Assembly (NCBI GenBank): GCA_964016885.1
Contig: OZ024743.1
Span: 101,122,001-101,186,000 of the forward strand
Origin: Eledone cirrhosa
Taxonomy: Eukaryota
Direction of reading: 5' to 3'
DNA: 64,000 bases
Shown in pieces: positions 15,166-27,789 of the stretch. The stretch's first letter is position 1, and the number at the start of each line of letters is the position of its first letter. The notes below the pieces were generated by a model, which did not search any database, was not told the DNA's origin, and saw nothing but the letters and a program-made list of their open reading frames with translations. The position numbers and the translations under genes were made by a program.

Positions 15166-15488
15166 TGATAACATAGACCTAGATATATTAGCTGGAACAA
15201 AGACAGGATGGTCACAAATGGAATGTTTTTGATTATTATTTGGGGCATTAGGGACATGGATTGATAGAAGAAATGCTTCTCAATATTTGATCTAGTTTCG
15301 GGTCGATAAAGTAAAGTACCAGTTAAGTACTGGAGTCGATATAATTTGACTTTTCCCTGCCCCAAATTACTGACCTTATTAGAATCATTCGTCTGCTCAT
15401 TCAGCAGACAGAGCTTACCTGGGACTAAACAACCCCCTCCCTCCTCCTCATCCTCCTCCTCCTCCTCCTCCTCCTGCTGCTGCTGCTG

Positions 15489-15536
<48 letters not shown>

Positions 15537-15595
15537 TCCATCATCACCATCACCACTCCCACCACCACCACCACCACCACCACCGAAAGATTCTA

Positions 15596-17279
15596 GTTGA
15601 TAAGAAAATTAGTGGGAGAGCAGCGACTCCGTAATTAAATGGTTTAACTCCTTCAAATCCCAAAAAGCGAAGTTCACAGTTTGACATTGTTGATTTTTAC
15701 CCGTCGATCTCAGAGACCCTGTTAAACAAAACGTTGACTTTGCTACCACATACACTACCGTCGATGGTTTAGACAGGGAAATCATCGCTCACTGCCGGAA
15801 AACCCTCCTCTTCAACAACGGAGTAGCCTGGGCAAACAAGTCAACAACCTCAGATCTATTCAACGTCTCCATGGGATCGTTTGACAGTGCTGACGTATGT
15901 GACTTGGTTGGCCTATTTATTTTAGACATATTACGTGTTAGATTCCCGGATTCCACGCGGGAATATACCGTGACGATGGACTGACCTTATCGAGCCATAA
16001 AAGTGGTCACGACCTCGACCGGTTTAAAAAAAAATTAGCTTCTACCTTCAATGAGTTAGGACTTAGGATAACAGTAGCTACCAACCTCTCTAGCGTAGAT
16101 TTCTTAGACATTAATTTAGACCTTCGCACACACACTTACAGACCCTTCCATAAGCTTAACGAAAAACTCAATTACATTCACAAGGACTCATGCCACCCTC
16201 CCACTGTTTTTAGAAGCTTCGTAAATAATATCAGTACTAGAATCTCAAACCTCTCCTCTAATAAGGCTATCTTTGACAGGGCAGCACCCTACTATAACAC
16301 GGCGTTAGCTAACAGCGGCTTCTCGCAACCCATCATTTACTCTCCCACTAACAACAACAGCAATAAGAAAACAAAGCGTAACAATAGACAAACTATCTGG
16401 TTCTCTCCTTCCTTCTCACTCAACGTTAAAACCAATGTAGGCAAAAAATGTCTCGCTTTCTTAGATAGACACTTTCCCATAGGTCATAAATACCGCTCCA
16501 TCTTTAACCGACACAAAGTAAAACTAAAATACTCCTGCGCTAAGAACATGAAGGCCCACATCACCAACAGCCCTAAGAGCAACACCCCACCAGGGTGCTC
16601 TTGCCGTAAGCCTGAAGTTTGTCCCCTTCAACAGCAATGCAACACACCCACTGTCGTTTATGAAGCTGTGGTCACTTCCAACCGACCAAATCAACCACAG
16701 GAGGTCAAACCATATGTTGGTATGGCGGAGGGCCGATTTAAGGAACGCTTCCTGAACCACCAGTCAACCTTTAGGTACCCGGACAGACGTTCATCCACGA
16801 AACTCGCGAGCCACGTATGATCCCTCAAGGACTCAAGTATAGACTACTCCATTCAATGGAAAGCCATCACTAAGTCCAAGCCATACGCAAGGGGCAATCC
16901 GTCGTGTGGACTATGTATTAATGAACGAATAAATATTCTAAAGAGATTACGAAATAGTGATTGCCTAATCTCAAGAAATGAATTCTTCACACGTTGCCCA
17001 CACGTCTGGAAACACCTCTTAAATAACTACAAAGCTCCGGATTGAATTACAGCAACATCCTAATTTTCTTATCAACTAGAATTTTCGGACTTTCGCAGTT
17101 ATCTCCTTTACACCTCTCGCACGCAATTTAGTATTGCCTGTGGGAAGTGATCGTTTCTGCGCATGCGTGTTCGTACGGTTGTCCTTCCTGTTCCGTATAA
17201 CCATGTCCATTACGAGCTGAGGATCTGCTAAGGTGAAACAATTGTTCTCCGTATGGTGAACTAACTGTTGTGTAACCAC

Positions 17280-17282
<3 letters not shown>
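15596..17282 (+). mobile_element. Decayed Penelope-like element (RT + C-terminal GIY-YIG), probably Naiad-like, with 3' pLTR, ending in (TA)n
   Basis: RT motifs FDIVDFYPSISE, MGSFDSADVCDLVGLFIL, YRDDGL, DFLDINLDL; linker CSCRKPEVCPLQQQC; endonuclease VVYEAVV..YVGMAEGRFKERFLNH..CGLC..RCPH ending at 17045; frameshifts and one stop. Clade call is from recalled motifs. Confidence 0.9.
17211..17253 (+). ncRNA. Minimal type I hammerhead ribozyme motif in the PLE 3' pLTR (degenerate)
   Basis: tacgag-CTGAGGA-tctgctaaggt-GAAA-caattg-TT-ctccgta; palindromic stem III, weak stem II. Confidence 0.6.
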
Positions 17283-17327
<45 letters not shown>

Positions 17328-18020
17328 GGATACTATTTATGGTTATGTATATTTTAAACTTTTTATAGTTATGTATATTTTAAACCTTAAACAGTGAAGG
17401 ACATTAATTTATTACTACCTTATTACCAGTAAGATAAATAGCTCAATGTAATAACATCAGTTGTTCTACAGAGCAGTTATATAGAATCCACAAGAATCAA
17501 AGCTATGTTCAAAGCATTTATTCACTTACAATTGTTTCATCCAAACCTAGGCTTAGGTATATAAATGAGACACACTTGCATGCTCCATGTGTAACTAACG
17601 CATACACTACCTATTAGATCTGACTATCAAACTATCCTCTTGCATTATCTGTGTTATCTGCCGAATGTATTTTAATTTTGATTTTGAATTTGAATTGCTG
17701 TACAAAGATAGTATAGTATAATATATGTCACTCCACTGTACATCACTATATATATATGTATCTGTATGTCTCTTGCGTTGGATAGGAGGTCAATTATATA
17801 TATATATATATATATAAATTAGCGAGAATCGTATTTCGGCTTTGGAATTAGCGAAAAACAACTTCCGAGATGTGTGGCAAGCGCTCAATAATTCTGACGA
17901 ACCAGAGCTACAACATACGTTAAAGGCCAAACACACTGAGACGATGGTTAAACCGTCATCCGCACAACCATAGAAACGACCAAGTAATTCGGGTCTGACA
18001 AATAAAAAAATATGTGATTG

Positions 18021-18077
<57 letters not shown>

Positions 18078-18081
<4 letters not shown>

Positions 18082-18272
18082 AGGAGGTTATAGTTCACTT
18101 GAAGCATTGTGTAATGAGGTATAAACGTTTGTATATGTATAATAAAGCCAAAACAGTGCAGGTATGGACATAGAATAAAGAATGCAAATGCAAAAGATAT
18201 TGTTGACAATTAGTCTTTTACCTTAGATTTATTTAAATGTCCTTAATTTTCGAGATAATATCTCTTCTTCAG
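18078..18272 (-). mobile_element. Probable inverted pLTR with truncated hammerhead, abutting the 5' end of the second PLE
   Basis: Minus strand reads CTGAAGA-agagatattatctc-GAAA immediately at the junction with the RT ORF; the other end is (TA)n. Confidence 0.5.
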
Positions 18273-18274
18273 TA

Positions 18275-19552
18275 GCTCCGACGAAGTTATACGTAGACTA
18301 CACCAACTCCAGCCAGAACAACTTAAACTAAATAGATACGCCTTTAGCCTCGACGTTGTCTCCCTCTACACTACAGTCCCCGCTCATCCAGCTGTCGATT
18401 TATTGACGGACTGCGTGGTCGCAGAGGACATCCACTGCTACGGCCTCCACCCGACGGACATACACCAGCTTTTGTCCTTCACAGTAGACAACACGTACTT
18501 CACCTTCCACCACCACACATACAGACAGACAACAGGATTACCCATGGGATCCAGCCTATCGGGCCTGCTGGCCATCACCTACATGAACCAGCTAGAATGC
18601 CGAGCCCTCAACACCTGCCATTCCAATACCTTCTTCACCCGATATGTAGATGACATACTCATCCTTACATCATCCCGTGAGGAGGCAGATAAAATATACA
18701 CAACATTCTCCAGCATGGAAACCCAGTATAAAGTTCAGCAGGGAACACCCCGATGACCGCGGATCCCTATCCCTACTGGACTTCCAGCTCAGGGTAACAG
18801 AGGAAGGCAACATCCACACCTACTTCTATAAAAAAGCCGCCAGCAGGGACCTGTTCGTACATTTCAGATCGGTCCTCCCAGCCGGCGCTAAGTTCGGATA
18901 CATAAGGAACGAACTAACACGTATCCGGAACAAATGCACCGACGTTAGAGACCGAGACACACACACCACACATTTCCTGGAAGTACTCAAACTGAACGGA
19001 TACACGACATCCACCACAAACCGTGCCAGAAAGAACAGAGGACACCACACCCGAGGCACTAACACTTGCTTCCTGAAGCTTCCACACTTCAGTGAAGAAA
19101 CAACAACAGCCATCCGCAGAGCTATCAGACGAGAGGGACTAGATATCCAACTGGCCCACTCAGGTCCTTCTCTACGTGGACAGCTAACCAAAATACACTC
19201 CACCAGACATGACAACTGTTGCAGACTAGCCAACTGCCCCATCAACGACACAGACCTATGCCACCAGGCTTACGTTGTATACAGACTAGAGTGTGACAAA
19301 TGCAACAACTTCTACGTAGGTAGCACCACCAGACCACTCCACATAAGAATAAAAGAACACCTCAATACTAACGCTTCTTCATTTAAGAAACACCTAGTTA
19401 AATGCAAAAACACCGACAAAACCATAACAGTTAGGATAGAAACTAAGGAAAGAAACCTCGGCAATCTTAGAATTAAGGAAGCACTAATTATAGACAAAAC
19501 ACAACCACCAATCAATAATAGACTAGAACTCAACACCCAATTTATAACTTGA
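18275..19552 (+). mobile_element. 5'-truncated Penelope-like element (RT + GIY-YIG), one frameshift near 18725
   Basis: SLDVVSLYTTVP, YRQTTGLPMGSSLSGLLA, RYVDD, LSLLDFQL; Cys linker CCRLANCPINDTDLC; VVYRLECDKCNNFYVGSTTRPLHIRIKEH..IKEALII..PPIN (ORFs 18403-18756 and 18650-19552). Confidence 0.93.
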
Positions 19553-19822
19553 TAGAGCTTCTAGCCCCATATTCACACACACACCCCACACACACACGCA
19601 CACACACACGCACACACGCGCACACACACACACACACACGCTTACACCTCCACTTATTCTCTCTCACACATACACACACACAAAACCAATTCTAACACGA
19701 GATAACATCTATCCCTCACATTTACGTATAGACATATCTTCTCACACTCACACACACACACTAACATACTTACACCTTCATGCATTCTCCCACACACGTA
19801 AACAGGCATGTACAAAAAAACA

Positions 19823-20032
19823 ATCCAGAATTGACATTGCACTCAGTGCTTCTTTGGGAGCCCCTACATGGACACACTAGAAGAGGAAGACCAAGGTTAA
19901 CGTATGTTGATGCCCTAAGGACAGACACTGGTCTGTTGGAGACGCAGGACATGGTAGCGATAATGAGGGACAGAGACCGCTGGAGAGAACTCGTCCATGG
20001 ATCTCGGGAATATTACCCGCCTTAGATAGATA
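19823..20032 (+). mobile_element. 3' end of RTE-like LINE with TAGA tail
   Basis: LLWEPLHGHTRRGRPRLTYVDALRTDTGLLETQDMVAIMRDRDRWRELV; matches 14922-15165 in reverse. Confidence 0.8.
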
Positions 20033-20177
20033 TATATATATAAGTAGAAGGGGTATTTAATTTGTTGGAAGTCCGACAAATATAAATGTTTATAACTGAT
20101 TTAGAGCACTCAACAGTTTCTGGAGTAAATATTCAATGATATTAAATAAATAGACACTATATTTATAAAACCATATT

Positions 20178-20241
20178 TATTTTATTATATATATTTCAAT
20201 GGTACCAAGACAACATTGGTACGCTTTCATCAGATAAAATA
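20178..20241 (-). ncRNA. Type I hammerhead ribozyme motif in a (TA)n-anchored short element (~20040-20330)
   Basis: Minus strand: tattttat-CTGATGA-aagcgtaccaatgttgtcttggtaccatt-GAAA-tatata-TA-ataaaata; 8-bp stem I. Confidence 0.85.
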
Positions 20242-20592
20242 CAAAGTTTGTTTTATAAATAGAGACGTACCCATTAAAATCATACCTTATCAGTTGGAAA
20301 TTCACTGGATAGTGGAAATATATTAGGGATTATTCAAACTTATGTGTGAATATGCAAATGAATATGTAAATAATTGAAAAACAACCGTTTATTTAAACTA
20401 CACTGGAGAAAGAGAGAGAGAAGATATAAGGGGAGAAAGATAAAAAATAGTACGAGGGAGAGAGAGAAGAATTAAACAAGAGAGGATGAATAAAACTCAT
20501 ATAACGTTAATTTGGGGGAAATATATTCTAAGTATATATCTTAATAGTACGTGTATTTACGATTATTAGTTGTTTAAAATTCGTTTATAATA

Positions 20593-20779
20593 TAATTGTT
20601 TCGATTTTAGGCACAAGGCCAACAATTACCCAGTACATTACTGGTTCTTTATTTTATCGACCCCGTAAGGATGAAAGGCAAAGTTAACCTCGGCGGGATT
20701 TGAACTCAGATCATAAAGGGACGTAACTCTATGCTTCAAAGCATGGTGTCTGACTCTCTACCGATACTGCCAATCCACC
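20593..20779 (-). mobile_element. SINE family A with TSD tcgtttataata
   Basis: Full minus-strand copy; tcgtttataata at 20581-20592 and 20782-20793. Confidence 0.92.
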
Positions 20780-20816
20780 AATCGTTTATAATATAATATT
20801 TTCTGTTATAAGTAGA

Positions 20817-20851
<35 letters not shown>

Positions 20852-21388
20852 ATAGATGGGTATATCATGCTATAGATAATTGTTTTAATGAGTTATGAGG
20901 GATATTGGTTTTGTATTTAATGTAAGTAAATATTAAGTTAAATTAAATTAAATTAACTGACTTAATAAGAATATTTATATTTATATATTTTAAAATGGGA
21001 AGATACGGAAAAACTCTAGTTTAATTTACTTATTCGTTAGTATGAGACTATTTAGTCAAAATAAGTATAAATGTTAAAAGATATATTTAGCCAGAATCAG
21101 TTAGTGGTTATAAATCTAATAAAAAATATTGAAAAAATATTAAAAATTTGAGAAAAATTGTTATCATGCATCCCAGACCCGGCGTGAATCGACAATGGTA
21201 AAGCAGTACCCACAAAGTAGTAACGGGCAACAAATAGCTTGGGAAACACTGCTCTAACACCGGCTAGAGTTATCTCCCTTGATCTACTGCAAAATCAATA
21301 CATGTGGTTTACGAAGAATGAACTGTGATGTGATTTTATCTTTAAAACCCCTTCTGGGTCACGTAAGGAACACTCTTTAGTTTGTTAT

Positions 21389-21428
21389 GCCCTTGAGAAA
21401 CCCTTTCGAGCGAAACGTACGTAGGTGC
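21389..21428 (+). ncRNA. Minimal hammerhead motif, U3-A8 core variant
   Basis: gccc-TTGAGAA-accctttcgagc-GAAA-cgtacg-TA-ggtgc, ~55 bp upstream of (TA)n; stem II eroded. Confidence 0.6.
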
Positions 21429-21481
21429 TGTTTTAAATAAACATATTTTAACGGTTTGTTCTCCTTTATATACTTCTTCAC

Positions 21482-23295
<1,814 letters not shown>

Positions 23296-23353
23296 TATTA
23301 AGTTAAACATGGCCTGGGACAATACTGGCCGAAACCTATCAAAGTTATCAAAG

Positions 23354-23387
<34 letters not shown>

Positions 23388-23529
23388 AGTATATGTTGGT
23401 TGTTTACCGACACCTCAGTATGCAGATTGGAGCACTCGACGAAGTACGCAGGTTGGTTTGTTTATTCCGGAGTAATGTAAAATAAGTAAGTCAAACATGT
23501 AAAATTTGGCTTCGTTTATTATAAGTTCT

Positions 23530-23584
23530 CTGCTATATATATATTTCGTTGACAGCTATTATTGGCTGTGACCTCTTCAGGCAG
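23530..23584 (-). ncRNA. Type I hammerhead ribozyme motif in a (TA)n-anchored element
   Basis: Minus strand: ctgc-CTGAAGA-ggtcacagccaataatagctgtcaac-GAAA-tatatata-TA-gcag. Confidence 0.8.
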
Positions 23585-23729
23585 TCCGAATTAGTGTGGA
23601 AGAGACAGGTACACATGTTGTTGAAGTGTGTTCCACTCTGTCAATACATCGATATGTCTAGCCCCTGGGTGTGTTGTTAGTCCTCCGAAGAACTGGAAAC
23701 ATATGTTTCAAGTTACTTGAAAGCCTTTA

Positions 23730-23920
23730 GGGCGGTAGATTGGCAGTATCGGTAGAGGGTCGGACGCCATGCTTTGACGTATAGAGTTATGGTCCTTGCC
23801 ATTCTGAGTTCAAATCCCGCCGAGGTTAACTTTGCCTTTCATCCTTACGGGATCGATAAAATAAAGTACCAGTAATGCACTGGGTAATTGCTGGCCTTGT
23901 GCCAAACGTAGAAACAATTA
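23730..23920 (+). mobile_element. SINE family A
   Basis: Full-length copy with A/B boxes and GTAGAAACAATTA end. Confidence 0.92.
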
Positions 23921-24102
23921 TTGAAAGTCTCTGGATTTCGCAAAATACATAATATTTTTTATTGGAGAAGACATGTATTTTTTGAAAATGATTTTTATTC
24001 ATTATAAAAATTAAATGATAGCATTCTATATGTAGGAGAGCCCCCTTCATCTTGCAACCAATATTTTTAGACCCAATCCGCCACTGTATATATATATGTA
24101 TA

Positions 24103-24379
24103 TGATATGGAGCTGTGTGGGATCTCCGTCGGTTCCAACGACTAATGGTACAGTTATTTGAACAACAGAAACTGTCTGCTCGCAGTGGTAGTCTTCCCTA
24201 TAAGCTAAATAAGCTCTAACTTAGGCCCCCCCCCGGGGGCCACTACACACCCCCAGGGGTCACTACACACCCCAGCGGCCACATTATTAAAAATGTTTGT
24301 TTTTTTATTTCATCATTAGTTTTCATTCTTTGAAACTGAATCCTCAAAACCGACGGAGATCCCACACAGCTCCATATCA
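24103..24379. repeat. 32-bp perfect inverted repeat pair (24103-24134 / 24348-24379)
   Basis: tgatatggagctgtgtgggatctccgtcggtt and its reverse complement. Confidence 0.85.
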
Positions 24380-24765
24380 CCCCCACACCCCATTGACATG
24401 GGTGTGTTATAGTAACCTGACTGAAGGACTCAATATGGACTGTCATTACCTAGAACAATGTTAAACATACACACAGATACACACCAGTACATACACATAC
24501 ACACCCGTACACACACATACACACCCGTACACACAGACACACACCCGTACACACATTGGCACGCCCATATACAGTTAAATACATGAAAACGCAAGGTCAC
24601 ACAGACGAAGACACGGACACACAGACACACAGTAACACAGACACACACACCCATGGATTTAAACTCAATATTTATCCTTTCTTTACCATATTTCTAACGA
24701 AAGACACTGAAAATAATTTTCAAATAATTTTGAAAATAATCAAGAATTCTCATTATTAACTGTTT

Positions 24766-24880
24766 GGTGGATTGGCAGTATCGGTGAAGGGTCGGACGCC
24801 ATGCTTTACAGCATAGATTTACGGCCCTTTACAGCCTGAGTTCATATCCCACCGTGTTTGACTTTGCCTTTCATCCTTAC
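24766..24880 (+). mobile_element. SINE family A, 3'-truncated
   Basis: Head and central region up to gcctttcatccttac. Confidence 0.8.
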
Positions 24881-24992
24881 GTGCACGTCCACGCACACAA
24901 ATACAAATATACATATACACAAACACAGGCAGAAAATATCTTATACTCTCATTCCTTCCGCTCACACACAAAAATGACTGAACTTGAGTTCG

Positions 24993-25026
<34 letters not shown>

Positions 25027-25029
<3 letters not shown>

Positions 25030-25202
25030 ATAATATTTAAATGAGAAGACTAAAATCCAAAGAGGGCTCGATAAGGGTAATATATGTATAAATATATAAA
25101 ACCATAGAGCAAATATTTATTAAAATAACAGATTAAAGTTTAAGCAAAGAATCGCTGCTTTCACCCTTAACGGAATCTTCTGAAACTAAAAAAATGAATC
25201 TC

Positions 25203-25207
<5 letters not shown>
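25027..25207 (-). mobile_element. Short (TA)n-flanked element with hammerhead-like motif (CAGAAGA core, 25137-25187)
   Basis: Minus strand: agttt-CAGAAGA-ttccgttaagggt-GAAA-gcagcgattctttgc-TT-aaact; family recurs at 27525-27770 and 46565-46870. Confidence 0.7.
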
Positions 25208-25233
<26 letters not shown>

Positions 25234-25236
<3 letters not shown>

Positions 25237-26907
25237 CGAAGGAAATGTGGTAAGGAACCAGGTGGACCATAACGCACCAAAGTACTCAATACTTAGGGTA
25301 GTAGAGTGGGTAATAGGAACGAGTAGGACCCCGACGGCTGAGCTCAAGCCGTTTCGACGGCTAATTCTGGACTAAATGAAAATTTTTATCCTGGTATATG
25401 AATAGCCGAGCTTCTCAGGGGGTAATTCCATATATGGTAAAAGTGATTGTCACAAGGATTGGTTAAAAGCTTGTTGTTGAGACACACATAATTCTATCAT
25501 GGCAATTTGTGGAAGGAAGGGGTAGCAGAACATGTCGTTTTCGACGGACCAACTCCTAAACAAGAAAGACGAACTGGTAACTGCATGCAAACACAGATTG
25601 CGTATGACTTACCTCGCCCTCAAACCCCATAATGACCCGGGGGGGGGGGGGGGTAGTAGACAAGGGCTGTAACACCCCACTTGCCGACTTTGTAATGGGT
25701 AACCCCTGCTTGCAAAGGTAGACGTAAGATCTTCTTTTATATCTTTTTATCGTTTCCTCTATATTTCCTTCTTCCCCCCCATCCCTTCCTAGTCCTTCCA
25801 CCCCAGTCCTCCTTCTTTGTCGTCGTCCTTTTCACTTTCTCGCCCACCCGAGGCAGCCCCTTGGTCCTTTGTAGCCTCAGTACCCCCACCCCCATCCCCT
25901 ATTCTATGATAGAATTGGCCGATCCCGCTTTTTATAGCAGATGTGATAGACCCCGGATACTTGCTTTCTTATCCGATGGCTGCCCCATTTCCGTGCTTTC
26001 TACATTTCTTAGTGGTATCTTTGCTTTAATTTCTCGTATATCAGTATTTATTTTTTTGTGTGTGTGGGAGGGGGGGGGGGGATTCTGAATTAATTTTTCA
26101 TATACTTCGTACGAGCATTTATGTAGTTTGCACTACAATTTTTGTATCGTAGCGGCATGCTTAGAGATAGTATTAGTATTCATTTTCGGGATTCTGAATT
26201 ATTATTTCGTATTAGTTTATTTTTTTCACTGGGTAGTTGCTGGCCTTGTGCCTAGGGGTAGAAACAATTATTTCGTATTAGTCTCGGGACTCTGAATTAT
26301 TATTTCGTGGTAGTTTCTTTAGTATTTTGGCCCCCCACTTGTTGACCTGTCACCGTAAGATATACTCGGTTGATTACTACTAACTCTTAAAATGGTCTCA
26401 TTACAATTCCGTCCCACCTAGTAAACATTTCTATAGTTTAGCAGTACCAGTGAGAGACTTGATGACTGTCGTTAGGGAATAGTAACCAGAAATTGTTTTT
26501 TTAAAAATATTTTTAACATTCTCGGTATTCTTCTATATATTTACCCCATATTGTTTTGCTTATTGTTTCGACTTCCTCCCCCTCCCCCTCCCTAGTATAC
26601 TTGCTTGACCTCCTACCCTGCTGTAGTTGGCACTATCAACGCACGACTGGGTTTCTTCCACCCCCTCTCCCTCTTTCTTCTACTGGCAGGTTCAGCTACC
26701 CCTTCCTTCCACAAATTGCCATGATAGAATTATGTGTGTCTCAACAACAAACTTTTGACCAATCCTTGTGACAATCACTTTTACCATATATGGAATTCCC
26801 CCCTGAGAAGCTCGGCTATTCATATACCAGGATAAAAATTTTCATTTAGTCCAGAATTAGCCGTCGAAACGGCTTGAGCTCAGCCGTCAGGGTCCTACTC
26901 GTTCCTA
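25234..26907 (-). mobile_element. (TA)n-flanked element with ~220-bp terminal inverted arms, each carrying a hammerhead-like motif; probable decayed PLE with inverted 5' pLTR
   Basis: ~25315-25530 is the reverse complement of ~26690-26907; motif cccc-CTGAGAA-gctcggcta..tagccgtc-GAAA-cggcttgagctcagccg-TC-gggg; the left arm extends ~80 bp further (tail). Confidence 0.75.
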
Positions 26908-27443
26908 TATATATATATATACGGAAAAATGAAACGAAATTTCATTTCCCACTCTTAGTACAGCTGTTACTTAAATATAAGTATGTATACGTACATACAT
27001 ATATGTATACAGACGTACAGTAGTATGTATGTATATATACATACATGCACACATATATATATGTACGTATGGATTCACCAAACATTTATTATAATGCTCG
27101 GTGTGTTTGTAAACAAACATCCCGTATTAAGCCGCAGTGTCTAGCAACCACCGTTGCTCGTTTGTTCAACACCGACAAAAGAACGCTGTACTAGTTTCAA
27201 GCTTGTTAGCTATCGTCAGCAACGTATACCTTCCTGCCAGATTGTTGAACGTCCGAAAGTATATACTTTCCTTCTGCATATTAACGGCTGAGCAGCCTAA
27301 TTTTCATATCGAGTGGGTTAATCGGCCGGGTGCACATATACTGTATACATATATGTATGTACGTATGTACGTATTAGAGTAGTGACAGTCTCTGTCACTA
27401 CTCTAAAACAATACCGTAAGGTCTTCGAAATGCTATATATACA

Positions 27444-27524
<81 letters not shown>

Positions 27525-27531
<7 letters not shown>

Positions 27532-27770
27532 TATTAAAATAACAGATTAAAGTTTAAGCAAAGAATCGCTGCTTTCACCCTTAACAGGATCTTCTGAAAC
27601 TTGAGTTTCAGAAGATCCCGTTAAAGGTGAAAGCAGCGATTCTTTGCTTAAACTTTAATCTGTTATTTTAATAAATATTTGCTCTACGGTTCTTATATAT
27701 TTGATACATAGTTATCCTTATCGAGCCCTCTTTGGATTTTAGTCTTCAAATTTATTATTATTACTATTAT
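27525..27770 (+). mobile_element. Fold-back copy of the CAGAAGA hammerhead family (arms 27535-27601 / 27604-27671 plus tail)
   Basis: Near-perfect palindrome centred at 27602-27603, following a long (TA)n. Confidence 0.8.
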
Positions 27771-27789
27771 TATTATTATTATTATTTTT

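Noticed and set aside
16818-16820. In-frame TGA in the Naiad-like PLE as possible selenocysteine (some Naiads are reported selenoproteins)
   Set aside because: The frame does continue to 17045, but the TGA falls in HV*SLK where Trp is expected (TGG to TGA), not at a Cys position, and the element has other disabling frameshifts.
17890-17995. CTGACGA..GAAA..GTA in a (TA)n-flanked island
   Set aside because: I could not form stems I and II; not counted as a ribozyme.
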